From assembly GCA_964416085.1 (NCBI GenBank), contig CAYQCO010000001.1:3424-67423 (forward strand): a stretch of DNA of 64,000 nucleotides, written 5' to 3'. Position numbers and translations under genes: made by a program. The number at the start of each line of letters is the position of its first letter. Position 1 is the stretch's first letter. Positions 25,034 to 34,132 of the stretch are shown here, piece by piece. Below the pieces are notes generated by a model that worked only from the letters and a program-made list of their open reading frames with translations, searched no databases and had not been told where the DNA came from. The stretch comes from an uncultured Lachnospiraceae bacterium (GTDB taxonomy: Bacteria > Bacillota > Clostridia > Christensenellales > UBA1242).

Positions 25034-25630
25034 TTACATTTCTGTTCGGTTGTCGATTGCTTTGTTTAAGGTGACAACATCAGCAAATTCAAGTTCGCTA
25101 CCCATTGCAATACCTTGCGCAAGTCGGCTAACTTTTATACCAAGGGGTTTTAAAAGTGTAGAAATATACATCGCAGTCGCTTCACCTTCAACATCTGGGT
25201 TGGTGGCGATAATAACTTCTTGAATATTTTCGTTTTTTACTCTTTCAAGTAGAGACCTAAGATTTATGTCATTTGGCCCCTTGTTGTCAAGTGGACTAAT
25301 TACTCCGTGCAAAACGTGAAAAGACCCACGAAAATCAGACACCCCTTCAAGAGCGGTGACATCTTTTGGCTCCTTGACCACACAAATAATTGGGTCAAGA
25401 TTGGGCTTTTGACAGTTGTCGCAAAGTTCTTTGTCAGTAAAATTGCCACATCTTGCGCAATAGTGTATATTTTTTTTTGCATCAATAATTGCTTGCGCCA
25501 AACTTTCGGCATAATCCATACTTCCGTTGATGATATGATAGGCATATCTTTGAGCGGTCTTTTTGCCCACACCTGGAAGTTTTGAAAACTCGTTGGTCAA
25601 CACTTCCATTGACTCAATAATGTTGGACAT
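25034..25630 (-). CDS. recR: recombination protein RecR
   Basis: HhH N-terminus LPGVGKKTAQR, C4 finger CARCGNFTDKELCDNC, and a Toprim region with EGEATA. Confidence 0.9.
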   Translation of the reverse strand: MSNIIESMEVLTNEFSKLPGVGKKTAQRYAYHIINGSMDYAESLAQAIIDAKKNIHYCARCGNFTDKELCDNCQKPNLDPIICVVKEPKDVTALEGVSDFRGSFHVLHGVISPLDNKGPNDINLRSLLERVKNENIQEVIIATNPDVEGEATAMYISTLLKPLGIKVSRLAQGIAMGSELEFADVVTLNKAIDNRTEM

Positions 25631-25959
25631 TAAAACATACCCCCAAGGTTGCCAAATGCACCCATTTTTTCTGCACTTAGTTCTTCTGCTTTTGAATTTG
25701 CATCCAAAATTGCCGCCTTGATTAAGTCTTCAAGCATTTCCACATCGTCTGGGTCAACTGCTTCTTTTTTTAGGCTAATACCCACAAATTCTTTGTTGCC
25801 TTTGAGAGTAACAGTCACCATTCCACCACCGCTTGTGCCGGTCACTTCTGTATTTTTTAATTCTTCTTGTGCTCTTTGCAAATCTTCTTGCATTTTTTGT
25901 GCTTGGCGCATAATATTTTGCATATTTCCACCGCCAAATCCGCCTCTAAATCCGTTCAT
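25630..25959 (-). CDS. ybaB: YbaB/EbfC nucleoid-associated protein
   Basis: 109 aa, ...MQNIMRQAQKMQEDLQRAQEELKN...GGGMVTVTLKGN... Conserved dnaX-ybaB-recR order. Confidence 0.9.
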   Translation of the reverse strand: MNGFRGGFGGGNMQNIMRQAQKMQEDLQRAQEELKNTEVTGTSGGGMVTVTLKGNKEFVGISLKKEAVDPDDVEMLEDLIKAAILDANSKAEELSAEKMGAFGNLGGMF

Positions 25960-25968
25960 AATATCTCC

Positions 25969-27516
25969 TTATTCCTTAATTTTTATTTTGTCCATAAAAG
26001 TATCTTTTAAGTTTTTGATAATATCTTGCTTGCTTTTGTTGCTTTCGTCATATTCGATTTGAACAAAATCAAAATCATTGGATACTTCTTTTAAGATACT
26101 CAATATTACACTTTTTTTGTCCGCTGTGTCAATCAATTCATAAACACTTTTGTCATTTGTTTTTAAAATCAATGTCTTGCCAGTGCTCGTCACTCCATAA
26201 ATATTTTTTAGGCTCGCTGAAAGCGCAAACATATTTTTTTCTTTTACACGTCTCAACACTTCGCCCCAAATTCTTTCCACATCAGTATTTGATTGAAGGG
26301 CAGGTTTTTCTTGTGGAGCAGGTGTTGGAGTTATTTCATTTTGCGCTGGCGCAACCACCTTTGGTGCAGCTGTTTGAGTTGGAGCAGTTGTTTTTGGTGA
26401 CACAACAGGTTGTGTATTTTGAGTTGATGATACACTTGGTGTTGTGTTTATTAGTCCCACGCACACTGACTCCAAAAGATTTTTGGGGTTCATACTAAAC
26501 TTCAAATCAAGTTCAATTCTGCTTAGTCTTTCAAAGGCAGTTTTTAGTTGTGCGGTATCAAACTTTGACGCTAGATTTTTGTAAGTTTCCAAATCAGTTG
26601 GCATAATTCCCAAAGTTTTGAAATCGGTTACATTTTGGTTAATCAAAATAAGGTTTTTGAAAAACTCAGTGAGTTCTTTGCAAAGGGTAGAAATATTTTT
26701 GCCATATTCAAGAGATTTTTCTATTGAATTGAAAACTTCGCCCACATCTTGACTTGCAATCGCTTGTATTATGTGCGCAATTTGGTCTATTGAACTAAGC
26801 CCCAAAACTTCCAAAGTCTTTTTGGCAGTTATTTCGCCATCACTATATGCAAGCACGCTGTCGGCAATGGACAATGTGTCACGAGAACTGCCTTCGCCTT
26901 GCTTTGCAATCATATAAAGGCTTTCGTCATCATATTTGATTTGTCTTGCATCAAAGACTTTTTTGAGTTGACCAATAAGTTCTTCAACTGACAAAAGTCT
27001 AAAATCAAATCTTGTGCATCTTGACAGAATGGTTGCAGGAAGTTTGTGCACTTCTGTGGTTGCCAAAATAAACACTACATATCTTGGTGGCTCTTCCAAA
27101 GTCTTTAACAAAGCATTGAATGCGCTCTCTGTTAGCATATGAACTTCGTCAATAATATATACTTTTTTCTTGCCCACAACTGGTGGATATTTTATGCGCT
27201 CTCTAAGTTCCCTAATTTCATCAACTCGGTTGTTGGATGCAGCGTCAATTTCCAAAACATCTGTGTTGACTTCGTTTAATGCTTTGCACACTTCACACTC
27301 GCCACAAGGTGAGCCATTTTGTGGATTTAAACAATTTATGGCCTTGCTAAAAATCTTGGCACAACTTGTTTTTCCTGTCCCCCTTGGACCAGTAAACAAA
27401 TATGCGTGAGTGGTTGTGTTGTTTTTTATTTGATTGACAAGTGTTTTGGTGATATGTGTTTGTCCAACCACATCGTCAAAAGTTTTTGGTCTAAATTCTC
27501 TATATAAAGCAATCAT
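25969..27516 (-). CDS. dnaX: DNA polymerase III subunit gamma/tau
   Basis: Walker A GPRGTGKTS, zinc module CGECEVC, Walker B YIIDEVHML, sensor SRC. SD AGGAGA. Confidence 0.9.
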   Translation of the reverse strand: MIALYREFRPKTFDDVVGQTHITKTLVNQIKNNTTTHAYLFTGPRGTGKTSCAKIFSKAINCLNPQNGSPCGECEVCKALNEVNTDVLEIDAASNNRVDEIRELRERIKYPPVVGKKKVYIIDEVHMLTESAFNALLKTLEEPPRYVVFILATTEVHKLPATILSRCTRFDFRLLSVEELIGQLKKVFDARQIKYDDESLYMIAKQGEGSSRDTLSIADSVLAYSDGEITAKKTLEVLGLSSIDQIAHIIQAIASQDVGEVFNSIEKSLEYGKNISTLCKELTEFFKNLILINQNVTDFKTLGIMPTDLETYKNLASKFDTAQLKTAFERLSRIELDLKFSMNPKNLLESVCVGLINTTPSVSSTQNTQPVVSPKTTAPTQTAAPKVVAPAQNEITPTPAPQEKPALQSNTDVERIWGEVLRRVKEKNMFALSASLKNIYGVTSTGKTLILKTNDKSVYELIDTADKKSVILSILKEVSNDFDFVQIEYDESNKSKQDIIKNLKDTFMDKIKIKE

Positions 27517-27579
27517 ATATTTCTCCTATTATTTTTGGATTTTTGTATTCTTAATATCTATATTTATATATTAATTATA

Positions 27580-28173
27580 TCATATATCAAAAGTGGTGCT
27601 TTTCAACTTTCGTTTTATCGCTTGGATAATATTGTCAACTTTTTTTGCTTTTTCGTCAATAATTGATGCTATCTCATTGTAACTATACCCATTGAGATAA
27701 TACAACAGGACTTTAAATTGCTGTTCGTTTAATATTTCCTTTATTTTGGCAATAATATTTGAGTTTTGTTCTTTTGCAAGTGATATTTTTTCGGCCACTC
27801 TATCTTTGGTGACAAGAATGATTTGTGGCTTTTCGCTGTCGCTCTCAATCTCGCCGTCTGTGGATATAGAATAATATTCGTTTAGCGGGATGTTCTTTTT
27901 GGAATTGGCAACTTTTATGGCTGACAAAATTTGCCTATGAATACACAAACTCGCAAATCGTGCAAAATTGTCATTTTTGGTTTCGTCATAAGTTTGGATT
28001 GCCTTGTATAATCCTATCATCCCTTCTTGCAAAATATCGTCAAAGTCACTCCCAACAAGAAAATATTCTCTGCAAATCGCATTGACTTTGGGCTTGAAAG
28101 ATTTGAGTATGAGTTCCATACTCTCGCTGTCTCCTTGTTGTGCAGATTTTAAGATTGTTGAGATATTGAGCAT
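27580..28173 (-). CDS. sigH: sigma-70 family sigma factor, SigH-like
   Basis: Region 2 is DILQEGMIGLYKAIQTYD and the region 4 HTH is YSYNEIASIIDEKAKKVDNIIQAIKRKL. The mrnC-rlmB-sigH order matches B. subtilis. Confidence 0.75.
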   Translation of the reverse strand: MLNISTILKSAQQGDSESMELILKSFKPKVNAICREYFLVGSDFDDILQEGMIGLYKAIQTYDETKNDNFARFASLCIHRQILSAIKVANSKKNIPLNEYYSISTDGEIESDSEKPQIILVTKDRVAEKISLAKEQNSNIIAKIKEILNEQQFKVLLYYLNGYSYNEIASIIDEKAKKVDNIIQAIKRKLKSTTFDI

Positions 28174-28898
28174 TATTTCTTCCTATTTTGTCTAATTACT
28201 TCATACATTGCAATAGCGGCCGCATTGGATGCGTTTAGGCTGTTGATTTGGCCAAACATTGGGATAGATAGTGTTCCGTCACAAGTCTTTGCGACAAGCC
28301 TAGACACTCCAAAACCTTCACTTCCAACAACAAGCAAAACTCCGCCAGTAAGGTCTGCTTGGTCAAGTTTTGTGTTGCCTGCTTCCAAAGCGTAGCACCA
28401 AATATTTTTCTTTTTTAATTTTTCGATTGTTTGGCTGAGATTGACAACTTGTGCAACTTTTGTGTGTGCAATTGCACCTGCGCTTGTCTTAAAAACTGTT
28501 TCATTAATTTCGCACGCTCTGTTTTGTCCAATAATCACACCATCTACACCCATACATTCGCAAGTTCTAATTATTGCTCCAACATTGTGTGGGTCTTCAA
28601 TTCCGTCAAGCATAACCAAAAATGGTTGTTTGTCTTTTTGTTCACAATCTTTTAAGATTTCTTCCAAAAAAACATATCTATAACTTGGCACAAATGCCAC
28701 AATCCCTTGATTGTGGTCTGTTTTTGCAAGTTTGTTGATTGTCTTTCTTTCAACTATCTCATATTTAACTTTTTTGTTGGCACAGAGCGATAAAATTTCG
28801 GCAATCTTTGGATTGGAAGATTGTTCCAAAACAACTTTTTCCACCCCATAATCCGATTTTAACAACTCTTGTATGCAATTTATCCCTTCTACTATCAT
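28173..28898 (-). CDS. rlmB: 23S rRNA 2'-O-methyltransferase, TrmH/SpoU family (RlmB/YacO-like)
   Basis: SpoU motifs are MLDGIEDPHNVGAIIRT, LVVGSEGFGVS and IPMFGQINSLNASNAAAI. Confidence 0.8.
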   Translation of the reverse strand: MIVEGINCIQELLKSDYGVEKVVLEQSSNPKIAEILSLCANKKVKYEIVERKTINKLAKTDHNQGIVAFVPSYRYVFLEEILKDCEQKDKQPFLVMLDGIEDPHNVGAIIRTCECMGVDGVIIGQNRACEINETVFKTSAGAIAHTKVAQVVNLSQTIEKLKKKNIWCYALEAGNTKLDQADLTGGVLLVVGSEGFGVSRLVAKTCDGTLSIPMFGQINSLNASNAAAIAMYEVIRQNRKK

Positions 28899-28905
28899 AA
28901 TTCTC

Positions 28906-29280
28906 CTAATCTATTGCAAGATTTAATATCTTGTCAAGTTTTTGCTTGTCGCCTGTCAAATAAATATATCCCAAAACCGCTTCAAATTGTGTGGCTAGGC
29001 TATATTCTTGAAAAGTGCTGTTTTTTGCCTTGTTGTTGATATGAGCATTTCTGGCACGCAGGGCAATATCTTTTTCTTCTTCATCAAGAAGGTCAAAAAT
29101 CTTGTTCATAAGTTCGGCCTGATTTTTTGCACAGACGATTGAATTGACCTTTTTGTTTAAGACACTATTTTTCATATCAGTGTTGGCAACATAATGCTCT
29201 CTCACAAACAATGAAAACACCGCATCTCCCACATAAGCAAGTTTTATTGAGTTCATTTGATAATATTTGTTGTCTTTCAT
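28906..29280 (-). CDS. mrnC: mini-ribonuclease 3
   Basis: 124 aa. RNase III-like signature is LAYVGDAVFSLFVREH, and ...FEAVLGYIYL follows. Confidence 0.8.
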   Translation of the reverse strand: MKDNKYYQMNSIKLAYVGDAVFSLFVREHYVANTDMKNSVLNKKVNSIVCAKNQAELMNKIFDLLDEEEKDIALRARNAHINNKAKNSTFQEYSLATQFEAVLGYIYLTGDKQKLDKILNLAID

Positions 29281-29387
29281 ACGTTTATTTTAGCACATAA
29301 TGTTTTTTTTGTAAAGAATGTTTAAAAATTATTTGACAAACAAACTCGCAAATTGGTATACTTTGTGTAAACATATAAGGAGATATT

Positions 29388-30149
29388 ATGGAATTTATCA
29401 AACGAAGGAAAACAAGAGAGTTTATTGAATTGGGGTTGAAGGCTCTCGCAAGCGTTTTGGCTGTGCTTATGTTGGCCATTTTGCTTGAAGCAATGATTTA
29501 CTCAATATTTATGAAAAAAATTGACGACCACAAAAGCAGTTCTTATGGTCCAGGCACATACAATTTGTATATTGCAGAGACTGACGACAACACTTACAAT
29601 GTCTATATCCGCAGTTGGTTGACAGGTCAAGACGAATGGACAAGATATATGTCAGAAGTTTCACAAGAAACTTTGAATGAGTTTATGAGAGACGCAGGCG
29701 TTATGTATAACAAGAGTTACAACTTGTATAAAATTGTTGCCACAAAGACATCTGACAACTCAACAACAGATTATATAGGTGAAGAAGGACAAACTGCATT
29801 TGAAAAAATTGAAACCGCTTTGGCAGAGACCAAAGACGAATACACTTTTGCAATCTATTTTAAAGATAGCGCAGAAGCAGACTATTCAACAACCGCAACA
29901 AAGTCTAACTTGACTTATGCTCAACTCAAAAAGGAAAACGAAAACGCAGACAAAACAAAGCGTGAAGCAGCGCATATCTATTGGCGTGCACCAAACTGCT
30001 TTGAAATCTATATGAACGGATGGCATTATGCTATTTTGGTTTTGGCAGAGTTGATTGTTTTGGGTATTTGGGGATGGGTTGCAGTGTTGACCGCCAAAGA
30101 ATATCAAAAAATCGAAAAGAGATTTAAAAAGACTGGCAAAGTATTTTAA
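29388..30149 (+). CDS. hypothetical membrane protein (N- and C-terminal TM helices, exposed central domain)
   Basis: SD AAGGAG. TM segments are LKALASVLAVLMLAILLEAMIYSIF and HYAILVLAELIVLGIWGWVAVL. Confidence 0.55.
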   Translation: MEFIKRRKTREFIELGLKALASVLAVLMLAILLEAMIYSIFMKKIDDHKSSSYGPGTYNLYIAETDDNTYNVYIRSWLTGQDEWTRYMSEVSQETLNEFMRDAGVMYNKSYNLYKIVATKTSDNSTTDYIGEEGQTAFEKIETALAETKDEYTFAIYFKDSAEADYSTTATKSNLTYAQLKKENENADKTKREAAHIYWRAPNCFEIYMNGWHYAILVLAELIVLGIWGWVAVLTAKEYQKIEKRFKKTGKVF

Positions 30150-30160
30150 CAACCAAGCAG

Positions 30161-30189
30161 GAGCAAATTTGATTTGCTCTTGTTTTTTT
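30161..30189 (+). terminator. rho-independent terminator
   Basis: Stem gagcaaa / tttgctc with loop tttga, followed by a T-run at 30183-30189. Confidence 0.65.
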
Positions 30190-30212
30190 GTCAAATTTTC
30201 AAAATTTGGGTA

Positions 30213-30240
30213 TTGACAAATGTCAATTTTAGTGTATAAT
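30213..30240 (+). promoter_or_regulatory. consensus sigma-A promoter with extended -10 (TTGACA-16-TGTATAAT)
   Basis: TTGACA at 30213-30218, TG at 30233-30234, TATAAT at 30235-30240. SD AGGGGG lies before ATG 30269. Confidence 0.65.
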
Positions 30241-30268
30241 ATTCTCGTTAAGACATTTAGGGGGTATT

Positions 30269-33200
30269 ATGAAAAAATTTCTAGTTTTCCTTGTATCTAT
30301 TATTGTGGTCATTTGTTTGGGAATGACATTTTATTATTTTGCAAAAGATGAAGAAGTGATAAAATTCAACACTTCTACTGTTTACATAAACGCTGGTGAG
30401 TCAATCTCGCTTGAAGATTTGGGCTTTTCTCACACTGGCAAAAAGAAAGAAACTAAAATCAACTTCAATGCCGCAGATGACAGTTCAAAGTCAATTATTT
30501 CTTACAACTCATCTTTGGGCAGATATGTTTCTACCACAAAAGGTGGCAATGCAACTATTGTCATCACCACAAACAACTACAAATTCAAACGTTTTGAAAT
30601 AAAGGTTACTGTGGGCAACGGAAGCAAAGAAACACCTTATCAAATTTATAGCGAAGATGACTTGTTTGCAATCGGAACATCAAAATTCGACACAACTCCT
30701 GACAACGGAGAAAACGAAGCATTGACCGCTCACTATGTTTTGATGAACGACATTGTTGTAACAACTCCACACTTGCCTATTGGCAGAACAGAAGACGATT
30801 GTGACAACTTTGACGGATATTTCAATGGAAATTATTACACAATCCACAACTTACAAAACCAAGCAAATGAATATGGCGGATTGTTTGCAGTTTTGGGCAA
30901 CAAGTCAACTGTTGTCAACCTAAACCTTAAAAATGCAAATATTTCTGGTTCGTTTGATTATGCAGGAGTCCTTGCTGGTGTTGCAAATGGTTATATTGAC
31001 CGTATTCAAGTTTTGGATTCTACTGTCAACAACACAAAATCTGGCTCAACAACTGGTGGCCTTGCAGGAAAAATTGAAACATCTATTGTTGGCGATGAAA
31101 CAAATATCGCAACAGTATATAGAGTTGCTATCGAATCAACCAACAAAAACAACATCACAGGAACAACTTATGTTGGCGGAATTGCTGGCCAAATAATCAA
31201 AGCCAATTTGGAAGGAATAAAAACATCAACAACAATCACTTCTACATCAAAAGCATCTGCTTATGCTGGCGGATTTGCTGGAAAAATTGAACTTGACACA
31301 TTCAATGGCTATGTTCGTGAATCTTATTCTTTGAGCAATGTTGTTGCCAACTCTTCAAATGCAACCAAAGGTGCATTGTTTGGAGCAATCCAATTTGACG
31401 ATATTGCCGAAAACAACTCACTTTTGGGTTTATATTTTGACGGAACAAAAACTGGTTGTGATTATGAATATGGATATGGTGTGGCTAGTGGAGATATTTC
31501 TTCTCTTGACAATGCTAGCAAAAACACCACAGAATTGACACAAAATTCAACATATATCTTCTATTATGATGACGACCACAATCCTGTTAGTTGGAGAACA
31601 AGTGTCTGGAAATTGGTTGACGGACAATATCCAGTGTTGAGATATCTTGAAAATGCAATCCCTGACAATATTGACACAACTCCTAGCAATCCTAGTGACC
31701 CTGTTGACCCTATTATCCCTATTGACCCTATTACCCCTGACGACCCAGACGACAGCGACATAATTGAAATTTCTTCAAAAGACGACCTATTGCAAATCAC
31801 TTCATTTGTGGCAGGAAAAACTTACAAAATTATGTCAGACATTGACCTTGGTGGAACAACTTGGACAGCAAAACAACTCAAACAAGCAAACTTTGTTGCA
31901 GAAAGTCCAAAGACAATCTCAAACTTCAAAATTACAAGTAGCACAAATTATTGCGGGTTCTTCTCATCTATCGTAAACGGCAGTGTTGAAAATATAACAT
32001 TCAGCAATGCAAAAGTTGAAAATAGTTCAACCAAATATCAATACGTTGGAATTGTGGCTGGTGTTGTCAATGCTGGATATATCTCCAACGTTGATGTAAC
32101 TGGTGCAAAAATTAACCTCACATATTCAACTTATCACCCAGATTATGTTGGCGGACTTGTTGGTGCTTGTGAAAATAGTTACAACACAATTACAAATTGT
32201 TCAGTGTCAGCCGACATTGATGGACAAATAAAAAATGCTGGCGGATTTGTCGGAATGACTGGCGCCAACACAAAAATTGACAACTCAACCTTTGTTGGAA
32301 GATTGACTGCTAGCGAATATTTGGGCGGATTTGTTGCAGAAAACAGCGGTGTTATTACCGACTCAAATGCAGAAGTTGAACTTGAAGTATCATCTACTTC
32401 AAGCAAAAATAGTTATGTTGGTGGATTTATTGGACCTAACTTCAACACTGTTGAAAATTGCCAACTTGTCCTAGTTAATATTTCAATCAACAACTATGAC
32501 AATTTGCACACAATCTACGTTGGTGGATTTGCAGCATATTCAGGCTCTTCAAATACTATTGCAAACTGTGTTGTAAAAGGCAAAACTACTAGTTCATCTA
32601 TCAAAATTGTTGCAAACAACGGAACAATCAATCTTGGCGGATTTGTGTCTTACAACTTGGGTACAATTTTAAATTGTAAAAACGAATTGACAGGAATTGG
32701 TGCAGAAATGACTGGCGTTTATGCTGGTGGAATTGTCTGCCACAACCAAAACGGAACAATCGAAAACTGTGTTGCTTATTCAAATGTTTATGGCGACAGA
32801 GTTGGCGGAATTGCATACAACACAACAGGCAATTCAATCATCCGCACATCATCTATTGGTTACGACCAACGTGTGCTTTTGAAAGGAAATTATGTCGCAG
32901 GATTGTCTTGCTATCTTGCTGGCGGAGATGTTAGCGATTGCTTGATACTTACAACATCTTATGGCTTGTCAAGTCAAAGCATTTTGGGTGGCGTAGTTCT
33001 TGACTTCCCAGTGTCTACCAACGGAAGATATGCAACAGTTGAGCACTGCATTATCTCAAACGAATTTGCAGGGCTTGGCGACAAATACTTGCTCACACCT
33101 GCTGCAATATTTGCTTCAAATCGTAGCACAGGAACAATAAAAAATTGCATAATTGACACAAGTTGCACAGGAACAACTGGCGCAAACGAGCCAAGTTATG

Positions 33201-33391
33201 ACAAAAACTTGTTCAACCAAACAAAACCTGCTGCATCAAATTCAAATTATACAAAAGCAAATTCTACAACTTTGTATCAAATTGCAACTTATACAAATTG
33301 TGGATTTAAGATTGCAACAGACAAATCTACAACTTGGTATTATGTTTCTTCTGGCAACAATATCCCAAGAATTGTAAACCTTGAAAAATAA
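30269..33391 (+). CDS. membrane-anchored surface protein with one Ig-like domain and two GLUG modules (paralog of the giant gene)
   Basis: N-terminal TM is FLVFLVSIIVVICLGMTFYYF. Entries are ETPYQIYSEDDLFAIG...YVLMNDI and IIEISSKDDLLQI...YKIMSDIDLGG. About 18 motifs, for example YVGGIAGQI, YAGGFAGKI, YVGGLVGACENSYNTITNCS, NAGGFVGMTG, YAGGIVCHNQNGTIENCVAYS. Exits are SVWKLVDGQYPVLRYLE and TTWYYVSSGNNIPRIVNL. Confidence 0.8.
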   Translation: MKKFLVFLVSIIVVICLGMTFYYFAKDEEVIKFNTSTVYINAGESISLEDLGFSHTGKKKETKINFNAADDSSKSIISYNSSLGRYVSTTKGGNATIVITTNNYKFKRFEIKVTVGNGSKETPYQIYSEDDLFAIGTSKFDTTPDNGENEALTAHYVLMNDIVVTTPHLPIGRTEDDCDNFDGYFNGNYYTIHNLQNQANEYGGLFAVLGNKSTVVNLNLKNANISGSFDYAGVLAGVANGYIDRIQVLDSTVNNTKSGSTTGGLAGKIETSIVGDETNIATVYRVAIESTNKNNITGTTYVGGIAGQIIKANLEGIKTSTTITSTSKASAYAGGFAGKIELDTFNGYVRESYSLSNVVANSSNATKGALFGAIQFDDIAENNSLLGLYFDGTKTGCDYEYGYGVASGDISSLDNASKNTTELTQNSTYIFYYDDDHNPVSWRTSVWKLVDGQYPVLRYLENAIPDNIDTTPSNPSDPVDPIIPIDPITPDDPDDSDIIEISSKDDLLQITSFVAGKTYKIMSDIDLGGTTWTAKQLKQANFVAESPKTISNFKITSSTNYCGFFSSIVNGSVENITFSNAKVENSSTKYQYVGIVAGVVNAGYISNVDVTGAKINLTYSTYHPDYVGGLVGACENSYNTITNCSVSADIDGQIKNAGGFVGMTGANTKIDNSTFVGRLTASEYLGGFVAENSGVITDSNAEVELEVSSTSSKNSYVGGFIGPNFNTVENCQLVLVNISINNYDNLHTIYVGGFAAYSGSSNTIANCVVKGKTTSSSIKIVANNGTINLGGFVSYNLGTILNCKNELTGIGAEMTGVYAGGIVCHNQNGTIENCVAYSNVYGDRVGGIAYNTTGNSIIRTSSIGYDQRVLLKGNYVAGLSCYLAGGDVSDCLILTTSYGLSSQSILGGVVLDFPVSTNGRYATVEHCIISNEFAGLGDKYLLTPAAIFASNRSTGTIKNCIIDTSCTGTTGANEPSYDKNLFNQTKPAASNSNYTKANSTTLYQIATYTNCGFKIATDKSTTWYYVSSGNNIPRIVNLEK

Positions 33392-33396
33392 AAAAA

Positions 33397-33425
33397 AGAA
33401 GTTGGATTTCTCCAACTTCTTTTTT
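33397..33425. terminator. bidirectional terminator
   Basis: Perfect 10-bp stem agaagttgga / tccaacttct with loop tttc. Flanked by A7 and T5 runs. Confidence 0.85.
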
Positions 33426-33432
33426 GTTTGGA

Positions 33433-33984
33433 TTAATTTTCTTTATTAAGCCAAAATTCAACAATTTGAAGGAGCAAAATAACTCCCAAAAATCCTAGCC
33501 AAATTACGCCCATCATTGTTAGTTTGAGACTTGTGATTAAATATGTCGCACACACCATTCCCGCAAGTGCACCCACTACTCCCAAAAAGTTGCAAAGCAC
33601 AAACACACAGTTTGATTTTACTGTCTTGCCATATCTAATGTTGATGATGCTAGACAAGAACACAACTGACAATCCGACTAAAAGCCAAACAGCCATATTT
33701 TTGACAACTCCTGTCTCCAACAAAAACTCTACAAACTTGATTTTTACATCTGTGTTGGTTGTGTTGTAATGTTTGCTATACATTGCAAGCATAAAGAAGC
33801 AAGCGATTGCTACTCCTGACAAAACAAACAATATTGTCGCCAAAAACTTTGCATTTTTGTATTCTTTTTCTGGTTTTGGTGGCATAGGTCTAGGTCTTGC
33901 CGGTTGCACATTTTGAGGTGCTGGTCTAGGGCCTTGATTTGAACGTTTGTTTATCATTGAATCTTGATTTTCAAAATTATTCAT
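33433..33984 (-). CDS. hypothetical membrane protein with Pro-rich cytoplasmic N-terminus
   Basis: Start trimmed to ATG 33984, after AAGGGGGA. Sequence GPRPAPQNVQPARPRPMPPKP is followed by four predicted TM helices. Confidence 0.55.
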   Translation of the reverse strand: MNNFENQDSMINKRSNQGPRPAPQNVQPARPRPMPPKPEKEYKNAKFLATILFVLSGVAIACFFMLAMYSKHYNTTNTDVKIKFVEFLLETGVVKNMAVWLLVGLSVVFLSSIINIRYGKTVKSNCVFVLCNFLGVVGALAGMVCATYLITSLKLTMMGVIWLGFLGVILLLQIVEFWLNKEN

Positions 33985-34097
33985 AAAATTTCCCCCTTTA
34001 ATATTAAAAAGATAGCACAATTTGTTGTCATATGTCAAACAAAAATTGCATTTTATATATTTTTGATTTTCCCCAACAAATATTTTTTATTCACACA

Positions 34098-34126
34098 TTG
34101 CTCTTTTTTTATTATTATGCTATAAT
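34098..34126 (+). promoter_or_regulatory. promoter abutting addB start (TTGCTC-17-TGcTATAAT, then 6 nt, then ATG); leaderless configuration
   Basis: TTGCTC at 34098-34103, TG at 34118-34119, TATAAT at 34121-34126, ATG at 34133. No SD. Confidence 0.5.
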
Positions 34127-34132
34127 TTTTGT

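Noticed and set aside
27517-27579. An SRP RNA gene (scr/ffs) upstream of dnaX, as in the B. subtilis scr-dnaX-ybaB-recR locus.
   Set aside because: The gap is only 63 nt of AT-rich promoter and SD sequence. No conserved SRP domain IV-like motif is present anywhere in the window.
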